Shown here piece after piece: positions 52,617-61,745 of a stretch of DNA of 64,000 nt; position 1 is the first letter of the stretch, and each line of letters starts with the position of its first letter. The notes under the pieces are model-generated. The model did no database searches. It was given only the letters and a program-made list of their open reading frames with translations, and was not told the origin of the DNA. Source of the DNA: an uncultured Clostridia bacterium (lineage in GTDB: Bacteria > Acidobacteriota > Aminicenantia > JBFLYD01 > JBBIMS01). The position numbers were made by a program, and so were the translations under genes. Where the stretch lies: positions 88,054 to 152,053 of the forward strand of contig CAZHEF010000001.1 of NCBI GenBank assembly GCA_964531645.1, given 5' to 3'.

Positions 52617-53624
52617 CTATGTGCTCTCCTCCATCAAAATCTTCATAATCTTTTTCGCATATTCAGCACTTTCAGAATCGACACCCTTAATTTTTATCTG
52701 AGAGGGAGACCTTACGCCCAAACCAAGTTCCACAGCCCTTGCAATTTGCTCCTGTTCAAAAATCTTCTTCTCCATAATATTCTTGTTGCTTCCAATTTCT
52801 TTTAGAATTGCCACCCCAACTGCATCAATTGCAATTCTGTCTGTTCCTGCAAGAAAGACCTTTGCATTTCTTCTCTCACCCTCCATGGGTCCACCATCAA
52901 CAAAAACTTCAATCCCATCAACAACAATTAAAGATGGTTTGTATGCATAGTTTATCTCAGCTATCATTTTCCTCATGTTGGGAGAGGAGTGAAGTTCTCT
53001 CATGAATGGGTGACCTTTTCTTGGAACTATTCCAACAGAATTTTTCAAAGATACTGTGAAAATTCCTCCAAACTGATGGGTTTTTATACAACATGTGGAA
53101 ACAATACATTCAGCTTCCAGGATTGGCTTTGCCACAAGAAATCCATCCTTCCAGTGGGAATCAGGTGGAAAAATCTTTTCATATCCAACCTCTCCAAGCT
53201 CATCAAAATTGATTACCTCTGCATCAAACTCCTTGGCAAGTTCATAGATATTTTTCTTTCTCAAAACCTGCTCTGTTGGTTCTGGTCCTGATCTGTCTCC
53301 AATCTTGATTTTCTTTCCTCCCATATCCTTTATCAAAGCCATTAGTTCTCTCAGAGTATCGTTATGGGTTGAACCTGGTGTAGGATCAGAAGTGTTAAAA
53401 TTAGGTTTGATGAGGACATCTTTATTCTTGAAGGGATTTATTCCGAAAACCTCAACAGATTTTCTAACTCCAAGCTTTCTATCCTGGCATTTTATAAGGA
53501 CCACCTCTGAAAAATTTTCTTCTTGACCGTTCCCCTCAAAATGGAAATTTTTCACAAAACCAATCCCAATCAATCCTGCACCTCCTGCAATCAAAAATTC
53601 TCTTCTGCTTATTTTCCTTTCCAT
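52617..53624 (-). CDS. DUF362-like protein with a twin-arginine (Tat) signal peptide and a Cys-rich segment
   Basis: 'SRREFLIAGGAGLIGIGF' Tat motif; 'VSTCCIKTHQFGG'. DUF362 family assignment is by recollection only. Confidence 0.4.
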   Translation of the reverse strand: MERKISRREFLIAGGAGLIGIGFVKNFHFEGNGQEENFSEVVLIKCQDRKLGVRKSVEVFGINPFKNKDVLIKPNFNTSDPTPGSTHNDTLRELMALIKDMGGKKIKIGDRSGPEPTEQVLRKKNIYELAKEFDAEVINFDELGEVGYEKIFPPDSHWKDGFLVAKPILEAECIVSTCCIKTHQFGGIFTVSLKNSVGIVPRKGHPFMRELHSSPNMRKMIAEINYAYKPSLIVVDGIEVFVDGGPMEGERRNAKVFLAGTDRIAIDAVGVAILKEIGSNKNIMEKKIFEQEQIARAVELGLGVRSPSQIKIKGVDSESAEYAKKIMKILMEEST

Positions 53625-53875
53625 ATTTACCTCCTCATTTCAGATTTTGTATAACACAAATATAATTTGCAGGATTCTCCATAATATTTATTATCCATTT
53701 TTAAACTCTTCCTTTTACTCCATCTTAGAGAAGATTCTGTTTGTTTCTTCTGCAATCCAGATCATTCCACCCTGAATTATTGGATATTTAATTGAAAAAA
53801 GCTCAGATACACTTGTTTTTATTCCATCTTTACCCATATTAAAAATTTTACAGCATTTTTAAGGGATTCCAAAGC

Positions 53876-53904
53876 TTGACTCAAACGAATAATAAATTTA
53901 TAAA
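53876..53904 (+). promoter_or_regulatory. Candidate sigma70 promoter of mutS (TTGACT, 17 nt, TATAAA). The TTGACT is what the ORF track took as a TTG start.
   Basis: 'ttgactcaaacgaataataaatttataaattc' read directly. The canonical MutS N-terminus 'MEELTPLMKQY' starts at the ATG at 53912. Confidence 0.45.
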
Positions 53905-53911
53905 TTCTTTG

Positions 53912-56530
53912 ATGGAAGAATTAACTCCTTTAATGAAACAGTACAATGAAATAAAAAAAGACTTCCCTGACTCTATTCTTTTGTTCAGGCTTGGTGATTT
54001 TTACGAGATGTTTGGTGAGGATGCAATTAAAGCATCAAAAATCCTTAACATTGCTCTAACGACAAGGGATAGGGGTAAGGAAAATCCAGTTCCCATGTGC
54101 GGAGTCCCTTATCACTCTGTGGATATTTATATTTCAAGACTCCTAAAAGCAGGCTTTAAGGTTGCTATTTGCGAGCAGATGGAGGAGCCTGGACTTTCAA
54201 GGGGTCCTGTTAGAAGGGAGGTTACCAAAATTCTTACTCCCGGAACTGCCATAGAGATTGAAGATGTTCCATCGGAATTTTTGAAAATTTCCTCCATTAT
54301 AAAGGGAGGAAATAGAATTGCCTTCTCTTATATTGACCTCCAAACATGGGAAGCAAAATGTTCAGAACTTGACCTTGATAGCAAAATAAAACTGGAGGAT
54401 TTGATTGCTCAGATAAACCCTAAAGAAATAATAGTGCCTAAATCCCAAGCGGAGGAAATTTCAAAGACTCTTTATCTGGAAGATGGATTCTCTCTAACAG
54501 AGCTTGAAGATACCTACTTTGATCCCTTCAAAGGAGAGATAAATCTCAAAAACCATCTCGGTGTTACTTCTCTGTATGGAATAGGTCTTTCAGGGAAACC
54601 ACTTTTAATATCAAACCTATCAGCTCTTTTGCAATACTTAAAAGAGCTAAGAAGGGATGATTTAAGTTTTCTCAGGAGAATTTCCCTCCATTCTTATACT
54701 GATTTCATGATTCTTGACTCTGTTTGTATAAGAAATCTGGAGTTAATAAAAAATATAAGGGATGGAAGCAAAGAGGGTTCTCTGTACGGAATTTTAGACA
54801 TTACGAGAACTTCCTTAGGAAGCAGAATGTTGAAGGAATGGATACTTCATCCTTTACTTTTAAAAGAAGAGATAGAAAAAAGACTTGATGCAGTTGAGGA
54901 ATTTCTATCAAATCATTCAAAAAGGAGAGAACTCGGGAAGATTTTTGATGGAATTTCAGACCTTGAAAGACTCCTTTCTAAACTTGTTCTTAATGTTGCC
55001 AATCCACGGGATATAGTGGCACTGAAAAACTCAATTGCACCTTTCCCATCCATAAAGAACCTTCTGGCTGATTTTAAATCAGAACTTGTAAAAGAAAAGA
55101 TTTTTAGCTGGGATTCCCTTGAAGATGTTAAAGAAAAAATTGAAAGAGCAATTGTTGAAGACCCACCATCAGTTATTACAGAGGGTGGAATAATAAAGGA
55201 GGGATTTGATCCATCCATAGATGAATTGAGGAAACTCTCCAGGGAAGGGAAAGAATTCATTGCAAGGCTGGAGAAAAAGGAGAGGGAGAGAACAGGTATA
55301 AACTCCCTGAAAATCAAATACAACAAAGTCTTTGGTTACTCCATTGAAGTTACAAAGCCCAATCTTCATCTCGTCCCCCAAGACTATATAAGAAAGCAAA
55401 CCCTTGTAAATGCTGAAAGATTTATAACAATGGAACTAAAAGAATGGGAAGAAAAGATTCTTTCTGCAGAAGAAAGAAGTAAAGAGCTTGAATATGAATT
55501 GTTCTTGAAAATCAGGGAAGAAATTGCAAGGGAGAGGGAGAGAATACAGAGGACAGCAAAGATTATTGCAGAACTGGATTGTCTTTCTACCCTTGCTGAG
55601 GTTGCTTACCTCAGGAAATACTCAAAGCCAAAAATCCATGAGGGAGAAAAAATTTTAATAATAGAAGGCAGGCATCCTGTAATAGAAGCTCTTAGAAAAG
55701 AGGAACCCTTCATTCCCAATGATGCTGAGATAGATTGCGATGAGAATCAGATACTTATAATTACAGGACCAAATATGGGTGGGAAATCAACATATTTAAG
55801 ACAGATTGCCCTTATAGTAATAATGGCTCAGATAGGTTCTTTTGTCCCTGCAAAATCTGCTGAAATAGGAATAGTTGATAGAATATTCACAAGAATTGGA
55901 GCAACAGATTATCTTATAGCCGGGCAATCCACATTTCTCGTAGAAATGCACGAATCCTCTTCAATCCTTCACAATGCAACAAGAAAAAGTCTCGTTCTTC
56001 TTGATGAGATAGGAAGAGGGACTTCAACCTTTGATGGAATATCCATAGCATGGGCTGTGATTGAATATGTTCATGAGAAACTTTTCTGCAGAACTCTTTT
56101 TGCAACCCATTACCACGAGCTGACAGAGCTTACCCAGACTTTAAAGAGGGCAAAGAATTTCCATGTTTCCGTTAAAGAAACAAAGGATGAAGTTATATTT
56201 TTGAGAAAGATAAAAGAGGGGCCATCAGACAGAAGCTTTGGGATCCAGGTGGCAAAACTTGCAGGAATTCCAAGGGAAGTAATTTTTCGTGCAAAAGACA
56301 TACTCCTTGATCTCGAAAGAAAGGAAAGAGAAGAAATAAGCAAAAAAAGGTCTACAAGATTCAGAAGGGAAACTGATCCCAATCAGATTCCCCTTTTTCC
56401 AGAGCTTAGACAGGAGGAAAAAATCAAGAAGCTGAAAGAAAAACTTAGTTCAATTGATATAAATAAAATAACCCCCCTTCAGGCACTCCTAATTTTGAAT
56501 GAGCTCAAAGATGAACTGGAGAGGGAATAG
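53912..56530 (+). CDS. mutS: DNA mismatch repair protein MutS (start reassigned to the ATG at 53912)
   Basis: N-terminal 'LTPLMKQYNEIK', Walker A 'GPNMGGKST', 'DEIGRGTST', C-terminal 'PLQALLILNELK'. Confidence 0.9.
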   Translation: MEELTPLMKQYNEIKKDFPDSILLFRLGDFYEMFGEDAIKASKILNIALTTRDRGKENPVPMCGVPYHSVDIYISRLLKAGFKVAICEQMEEPGLSRGPVRREVTKILTPGTAIEIEDVPSEFLKISSIIKGGNRIAFSYIDLQTWEAKCSELDLDSKIKLEDLIAQINPKEIIVPKSQAEEISKTLYLEDGFSLTELEDTYFDPFKGEINLKNHLGVTSLYGIGLSGKPLLISNLSALLQYLKELRRDDLSFLRRISLHSYTDFMILDSVCIRNLELIKNIRDGSKEGSLYGILDITRTSLGSRMLKEWILHPLLLKEEIEKRLDAVEEFLSNHSKRRELGKIFDGISDLERLLSKLVLNVANPRDIVALKNSIAPFPSIKNLLADFKSELVKEKIFSWDSLEDVKEKIERAIVEDPPSVITEGGIIKEGFDPSIDELRKLSREGKEFIARLEKKERERTGINSLKIKYNKVFGYSIEVTKPNLHLVPQDYIRKQTLVNAERFITMELKEWEEKILSAEERSKELEYELFLKIREEIARERERIQRTAKIIAELDCLSTLAEVAYLRKYSKPKIHEGEKILIIEGRHPVIEALRKEEPFIPNDAEIDCDENQILIITGPNMGGKSTYLRQIALIVIMAQIGSFVPAKSAEIGIVDRIFTRIGATDYLIAGQSTFLVEMHESSSILHNATRKSLVLLDEIGRGTSTFDGISIAWAVIEYVHEKLFCRTLFATHYHELTELTQTLKRAKNFHVSVKETKDEVIFLRKIKEGPSDRSFGIQVAKLAGIPREVIFRAKDILLDLERKEREEISKKRSTRFRRETDPNQIPLFPELRQEEKIKKLKEKLSSIDINKITPLQALLILNELKDELERE

Positions 56531-56732
56531 TCATTTTAGGACTTATTATTAGTTTTATGAAATTACCTTTTGTTTGAATAAATTCATCCAGCAAAGATTA
56601 GAAAATACCATTCACAGAAGCAGATCCGATGAGGAAATATCAAATTTAATTGATTTTGCTTTGGATATCGAATTTTCTATGATAAAATAAAAATTAATTG
56701 TTAATTTTAGAAATGATTTTTTTAGTTCTTGT

Positions 56733-59700
56733 ATGATTTATACCTTGACCTGCACAGGAAAAAGAATTTTCAAGTTAATTAAGCAGACAATCATTTTCCT
56801 TTTATGTTTGATTCCTCTTCTTCAAGCTCAGCATAATGTTCGATTTCAGCACCTCTCAATTGAACATGGGCTTTCCCAGTATTCAGTGCATTGCATTATT
56901 CAGGACAAAAAAGGGTTTATGTGGTTTGGGACAGAAACAGGCTTGAACAGATATGATGGCTATGAATTTACTATCTACAATCCTGAACTTGGAAACCCTA
57001 ACAGCCTCAGCAACAATTGGATAAACGCATTATATGAAGATCGTTTTGGTTATTTATGGATTGGCACCGACAATGGTCTGAATAAGTTTGATAGAGAGAC
57101 TGAAAGATTCACAAGATATTTTCACAGAGAGGATGACCCATATAGCCTGAGTAACAACAGAATTTTTTCCATCTACGAAGATAAATCTGGAAATTTATGG
57201 ATTGGAACGGAAGACGGTTTAAATAGATTTGACTGGCAAACCGGGAGATTCTACCATTACAAAAATAATCCTGAAGATCCCCAAAGCCTGAGTCACAATG
57301 CTGTCAGGGCTATATGCGAAGATGAAAAAGGAAATCTCTGGATTGGAACATTTGGTGGAGGACTAAATAGATACGACCCGACTACAAACCAATTCACTCA
57401 TTACAAGAGTAATTCCAAAAATCCTGATAGCTTGAGCGATGATCAAATCCTATCCATCGCAATAGACTCCTCCGGAAACCTATGGATGGGAACTAGAGGC
57501 GGTGGGTTGAACAAATTTGACCCTTTAACAGGCAAATTTAAAAATTATAAAAGCAATCCCAAAGACCCTAACAGTCTCAGCGATAACTGGATCAATTGTC
57601 TTTATGTTGATGAAAATGGGATCCTCTGGATAGGCACAAACAGTGGTGGTCTTAATATGTTTAACCCGAAAACCGAGAGATTTGTGGTTTATAAAAATGA
57701 CCCCGCAGATCGGTTCTCCTTAAGCGGCAATAGAATTTTAACAGTCTATAAAGACCGATCTGAAATATTATGGGTTGGATCATATGAAGGCGGGTTAAGT
57801 AAATACGCTATGAAAAAAGACTATTTCTTGCTATTTGAACCTAACCCAAATGACCCTCTCAGCCTGAGCTATTCTGCAGTCCGTTCATTCTATGAGACAG
57901 AAGATGGTATTCTGTGGGTAGGAACAGATGGTGGCGGGATAACAGTTTTTAATAGAAAGGAAGGGAAGACCATTTATTATAAATACAACCCAAATGATCC
58001 TTTCAGCTTGAGCAGTGATAGAGTCTTCTCTATAATAAGAGATGAAACAGGAACTTTCTGGATTGGAACTTATGGTGGAGGACTCAACCGGTTTGAACCT
58101 AAAACCGGAAGATTTGTTCATTATCGACATAATCCAGGAAATCCTTTCAGTATCAGCGATGACAGAATCAGAACCATCTACCTTAGTAACTCAGGAGTTT
58201 TATGGATAGGAACGGATGGAGGAGGACTCAATAAATTTGATAGAAAAACCAATAAATTCATCCGATATATTCATAATCCATATAAAAAGAACAGTCTAAG
58301 TAGTAATCGAGTATGGGCAATAAGAGAAGACAATTCCGGAATATTATGGATAGGAACTTTCGGAGGTGGTCTTAACAAATTCGATCCAGAAAAGGAAGAA
58401 TTTTCCCATTTTAAGCATGATCCTGAAAATCCAAATAGTTTAAGTAATAACTATATTATGACACTTCATATGGATTCAAATGGTTATCTCTGGATTGGGA
58501 CAAGCGCTGGCGGTCTAAACAAATTCGACCCTAAAAATGAACTTTTCACCACTTACACTCGTAAAAAAGGCCTTCCAGATGATGTAATATATGGTATTCT
58601 TGAAGACAAAGAAGGAAATCTCTGGATAAGTTCAAATAAGGGAATAATAAAATTCAATCCTCACAGAAAAGAGATAAAAAGCTATGATATGAACGATGGA
58701 CTTCAATCCAATGAGTTCAATGGCGGATCATATTTTAAGAGTAAGACTGGCTGGATGTATTTTGGAGGGCCTAAAGGTTTCAATGCATTTTTACCTGAAA
58801 ATGTCAAAGAAAGCTCCTACATTCCATCCATAGTGATAACAGATTTCAAGATCTTCGGCAAATCTGTGCCAACAGGAAGAACTTCTGCCGGAAGAGTAAT
58901 TCTTGAAAAATCAATCACCGAAACTGATTACATAAAACTATCACATAAAGACCGTGTAATCTCTTTTTCTTTTACTGCCCTTGACTATACTGCTCCTGAA
59001 AACAATCAATATGCTTATATGATGAAAGGAATTGATAATGACTGGAACTATGTTGGAAAAAGTCGCTATGCCAACTACAATAACATTCCACCAGGCAAAT
59101 ATGTTTTCAGGGTAAAGGGAACAAACAGCGATGGGGTCTGGAATGAAGAGGGCATATTATTGAAGATAGAGATCGCTCCACCTTTCTGGAAAACATGGTG
59201 GTTTTATCTGACATCTGGTTTATTTGTTTTATTTACTTTATTTGGAATATATCTATTAAGAATTAGCCAGCTCCATAGAGCCAAGGAAAAATTAGAAGCA
59301 TTGGTTAATGAAAAAACCAAACAATTAGCAGAAGCCAATAAAAAATTGGAATTACTCTCAACTACTGATGAATTAACGGGCATACCTAACTACCGAAAAT
59401 TCAAGGAATTTTTCCAGCGTGAATGGCTAAGAGCTATTCGAAATAAAACCCCAATAGCTGTGATTTTAATTGACATAGATAATTTCAAGCTCTACAACGA
59501 TACTTATGGACATCAAGCTGGAGATATTTGTTTGAGAAGAATTGCTGAGGCGATATATGAAAATGTCAAACGACCGGGTGACATGGCCGCGCGTTATGGC
59601 GGAGAAGAATTTATCATTGTCCTATCGGAAACGGATTCCTTTGGAGCTTTCACCGTGGCAGAAAGAATAAGAAAACAAGTTGAATCACTGAAAATTTCCC

Positions 59701-59876
59701 ATGAAAAGTCGGCTGTCTCTGATGTCGTTACCATTAGCCTTGGCTATGCCACGGCAATTCCGAATGGAGAGATTGTGGCAGATTGGATGATTAACCTTGC
59801 TGATCAGGCATTATATGAAGCCAAAAAAAATGGTAAGAATCAAACTTGCGAAGCGATTAGTTCTATTTTAAAGTGA
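56733..59876 (+). CDS. Sensor diguanylate cyclase. Has a signal peptide, a periplasmic two-component-regulator-propeller (Reg_prop) double beta-propeller plus Y_Y_Y domain, one TM, a coiled coil, and a cytoplasmic GGDEF domain.
   Basis: At least 14 repeats of 'GxLWIGTxxGGLNxFD', TM 'WWFYLTSGLFVLFTLFGIYLL', and a GGDEF active site 'RYGGEEF' with upstream 'DIDNFKLYNDTYGHQAGD'. Confidence 0.8.
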   Translation: MIYTLTCTGKRIFKLIKQTIIFLLCLIPLLQAQHNVRFQHLSIEHGLSQYSVHCIIQDKKGFMWFGTETGLNRYDGYEFTIYNPELGNPNSLSNNWINALYEDRFGYLWIGTDNGLNKFDRETERFTRYFHREDDPYSLSNNRIFSIYEDKSGNLWIGTEDGLNRFDWQTGRFYHYKNNPEDPQSLSHNAVRAICEDEKGNLWIGTFGGGLNRYDPTTNQFTHYKSNSKNPDSLSDDQILSIAIDSSGNLWMGTRGGGLNKFDPLTGKFKNYKSNPKDPNSLSDNWINCLYVDENGILWIGTNSGGLNMFNPKTERFVVYKNDPADRFSLSGNRILTVYKDRSEILWVGSYEGGLSKYAMKKDYFLLFEPNPNDPLSLSYSAVRSFYETEDGILWVGTDGGGITVFNRKEGKTIYYKYNPNDPFSLSSDRVFSIIRDETGTFWIGTYGGGLNRFEPKTGRFVHYRHNPGNPFSISDDRIRTIYLSNSGVLWIGTDGGGLNKFDRKTNKFIRYIHNPYKKNSLSSNRVWAIREDNSGILWIGTFGGGLNKFDPEKEEFSHFKHDPENPNSLSNNYIMTLHMDSNGYLWIGTSAGGLNKFDPKNELFTTYTRKKGLPDDVIYGILEDKEGNLWISSNKGIIKFNPHRKEIKSYDMNDGLQSNEFNGGSYFKSKTGWMYFGGPKGFNAFLPENVKESSYIPSIVITDFKIFGKSVPTGRTSAGRVILEKSITETDYIKLSHKDRVISFSFTALDYTAPENNQYAYMMKGIDNDWNYVGKSRYANYNNIPPGKYVFRVKGTNSDGVWNEEGILLKIEIAPPFWKTWWFYLTSGLFVLFTLFGIYLLRISQLHRAKEKLEALVNEKTKQLAEANKKLELLSTTDELTGIPNYRKFKEFFQREWLRAIRNKTPIAVILIDIDNFKLYNDTYGHQAGDICLRRIAEAIYENVKRPGDMAARYGGEEFIIVLSETDSFGAFTVAERIRKQVESLKISHEKSAVSDVVTISLGYATAIPNGEIVADWMINLADQALYEAKKNGKNQTCEAISSILK

Positions 59877-59923
59877 TGATGAAACAATATTCCTGGATTG
59901 AAATTAATATAGAGTGAGGATAT

Positions 59924-60619
59924 ATGAATAAGAATCAAAAAGTTTTGAATTTAGTGTTGATAGTTAGGGACGATTCTGACAGAGCCTTTTATGGATCTCT
60001 TCTGGCTACTTATCAAGACATCTCCCTTGAATCATACACCTCTCTTCAGCAATTCTGGGAAAGTCTTGAAGACAGACTCTATTCAGGAGTCTTAATCGAC
60101 CTTCATACTCTTATCATCTCGTCAACCTCAGAAAAAGAATTTTATTATTCAATCCGCAAAGGCTTTCCTGTGATCAGGCTAAACAGAAGTGCTGACAAAA
60201 AAGAGCTGGATTTTTTTATTGAAGAGCAAAAGGCAAGAGCCCTAAAAGGTAAAGAACTTCTGGATTATTTCATATATAATCTGTGCGCCAGCAGAAGTGC
60301 CAGGAAAATCAGAAGACATGCAAGAAAGAATTTATATTTCAATGTTAATTTGCATTTTACTGATGGACATTCTATAAAAACGAACCTTTTGGACCTCTCC
60401 CAAGGGGGTTGTTTTGTTCTGACCAACGAAGAGCCTCCCGCAGATAAAATTGTCTATCTTATTATCAATGAATTGACAGACAAAACACCCATCCCTGCTG
60501 AAGTAAAATGGAATGTCCCGTGGGGGAAGACCATAAAACATCTGCCTGGGCTTGGGCTGGCATTTAAAAAAATGTTAACCAGTCAGATAGAAGAAATTAA
60601 GAAAGCACTCGAGTCTTAA
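59924..60619 (+). CDS. PilZ-domain c-di-GMP receptor with an N-terminal receiver-like domain
   Basis: C-terminal 'RRHARK' (RxxxR) followed by 'DLSQGG' (DxSxxG), the two PilZ c-di-GMP-binding motifs. The N-terminal half has a REC-like alternation ('VLIVRDDSD', 'GVLIDL'). Confidence 0.6.
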   Translation: MNKNQKVLNLVLIVRDDSDRAFYGSLLATYQDISLESYTSLQQFWESLEDRLYSGVLIDLHTLIISSTSEKEFYYSIRKGFPVIRLNRSADKKELDFFIEEQKARALKGKELLDYFIYNLCASRSARKIRRHARKNLYFNVNLHFTDGHSIKTNLLDLSQGGCFVLTNEEPPADKIVYLIINELTDKTPIPAEVKWNVPWGKTIKHLPGLGLAFKKMLTSQIEEIKKALES

Positions 60620-60775
60620 ACATAATCATATAGTCTTTAATTAGTGTAGGATTTATAATTGAAAGTGAAAGAGGGGTTGAGAGTTAAAGAAAGGTTTTTA
60701 TAAAAAGATATTTTGATTTCTGGTATTGATTTTGAATGAATTCTTCTTTGATTATTTAATAGTTCAGAAATTCAA

Positions 60776-60825
60776 TTGACAATAAATTTTGAAATAAATT
60801 AAAATTATATGTAGTTATATGTAGT
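60776..60825 (+). promoter_or_regulatory. Candidate promoter (TTGACA, 17 nt, TTAAAA) followed by a perfect tandem 10-mer (tatatgtagt x2) just upstream of the decaheme cytochrome RBS
   Basis: 'ttgacaataaattttgaaataaattaaaattatatgtagttatatgtagtaatgaaggagg' read directly. Confidence 0.35.
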
Positions 60826-60842
60826 AATGAAGGAGGTTATGG

Positions 60843-61733
60843 ATGAGTTTGCAGAAAGTTTCTTTATGTATTGCCTCTGCCTCCGCCATTCTCCTCTGGT
60901 TCTTATTCTCAAACCCTCTAAAAGTATCAGCTCAGGGAGAATATGCAGGTATTGAACAATGCGCCATGTGTCATGAAGATATTGTAAAGTCCTTTAAAGC
61001 CTCAATCCACGGCAAAAAAGGTTTTGAACTCCGCTCTGATAAAGCCTGTGAAACCTGCCACGGTCCCAGCGCTGCCCATGTCGAAGCAGGAGGAGATAAG
61101 ACAAAAATCCAGATTATAAAAGCTCTTTCTGCTGAAGAGAAATCAGATATGTGTCTCCAGTGTCATGAAAGAGGAACACAGATGTTTTGGAATGGAGGTG
61201 CTCATGAGTTAAGGGGTTTAAGCTGTCTAACCTGTCATTCTGTCCATCATCCAAAGGATGAAAAAGCCCAGTTAATTTCAAAAGAATCCGAACTTTGCTT
61301 TGATTGCCACAAGAAAAACAGATCTCAATTTTTGAGAGCATCCCATCATCCCATCAGAGAAGGAAAAATGAACTGTTCTGATTGTCATAATCCCCATGGA
61401 ACCCAGACAGAAAAACTGATCTCTGCCAATTCGATTACCGAAAAGTGTTATGAATGCCACACTGAAAAAAGAGGTCCTTTTCTCTGGGAACATGTTCCAG
61501 TTAGAGAAGATTGTTCAAACTGCCACGAACCTCATGGAACAAACCATATCAAAATGCTCAATGCAAAAATGCCATTCCTCTGCCAGAGATGTCATTCAGA
61601 CCAAAGACATCCTGGAACCATTTACGACCAGACCCAGATTGTCTCCAACAGGTTATTTAACAGATCTTGTACCAACTGTCACTCCACAATCCATGGATCC
61701 AATCATCCATCAGGAAAAACATTCTTGAGATAA
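60843..61733 (+). CDS. Periplasmic decaheme c-type cytochrome, MtrA/DmsE/MtoA/PioA family
   Basis: Signal peptide plus exactly ten CxxCH motifs (CAMCH, CETCH, CLQCH, CLTCH, CFDCH, CSDCH, CYECH, CSNCH, CQRCH, CTNCH) in 296 aa, the size and heme count of MtrA/MtoA. AAGGAGG RBS. Confidence 0.8.
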   Translation: MSLQKVSLCIASASAILLWFLFSNPLKVSAQGEYAGIEQCAMCHEDIVKSFKASIHGKKGFELRSDKACETCHGPSAAHVEAGGDKTKIQIIKALSAEEKSDMCLQCHERGTQMFWNGGAHELRGLSCLTCHSVHHPKDEKAQLISKESELCFDCHKKNRSQFLRASHHPIREGKMNCSDCHNPHGTQTEKLISANSITEKCYECHTEKRGPFLWEHVPVREDCSNCHEPHGTNHIKMLNAKMPFLCQRCHSDQRHPGTIYDQTQIVSNRLFNRSCTNCHSTIHGSNHPSGKTFLR

Positions 61734-61745
61734 GGAGGTGTGAAA

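Noticed and set aside
49223-52805. Multiple short plus-strand ORFs across the M28 and tricorn genes
   Set aside because: Antisense to the long, coherent minus-strand protease genes. Low-complexity translations.
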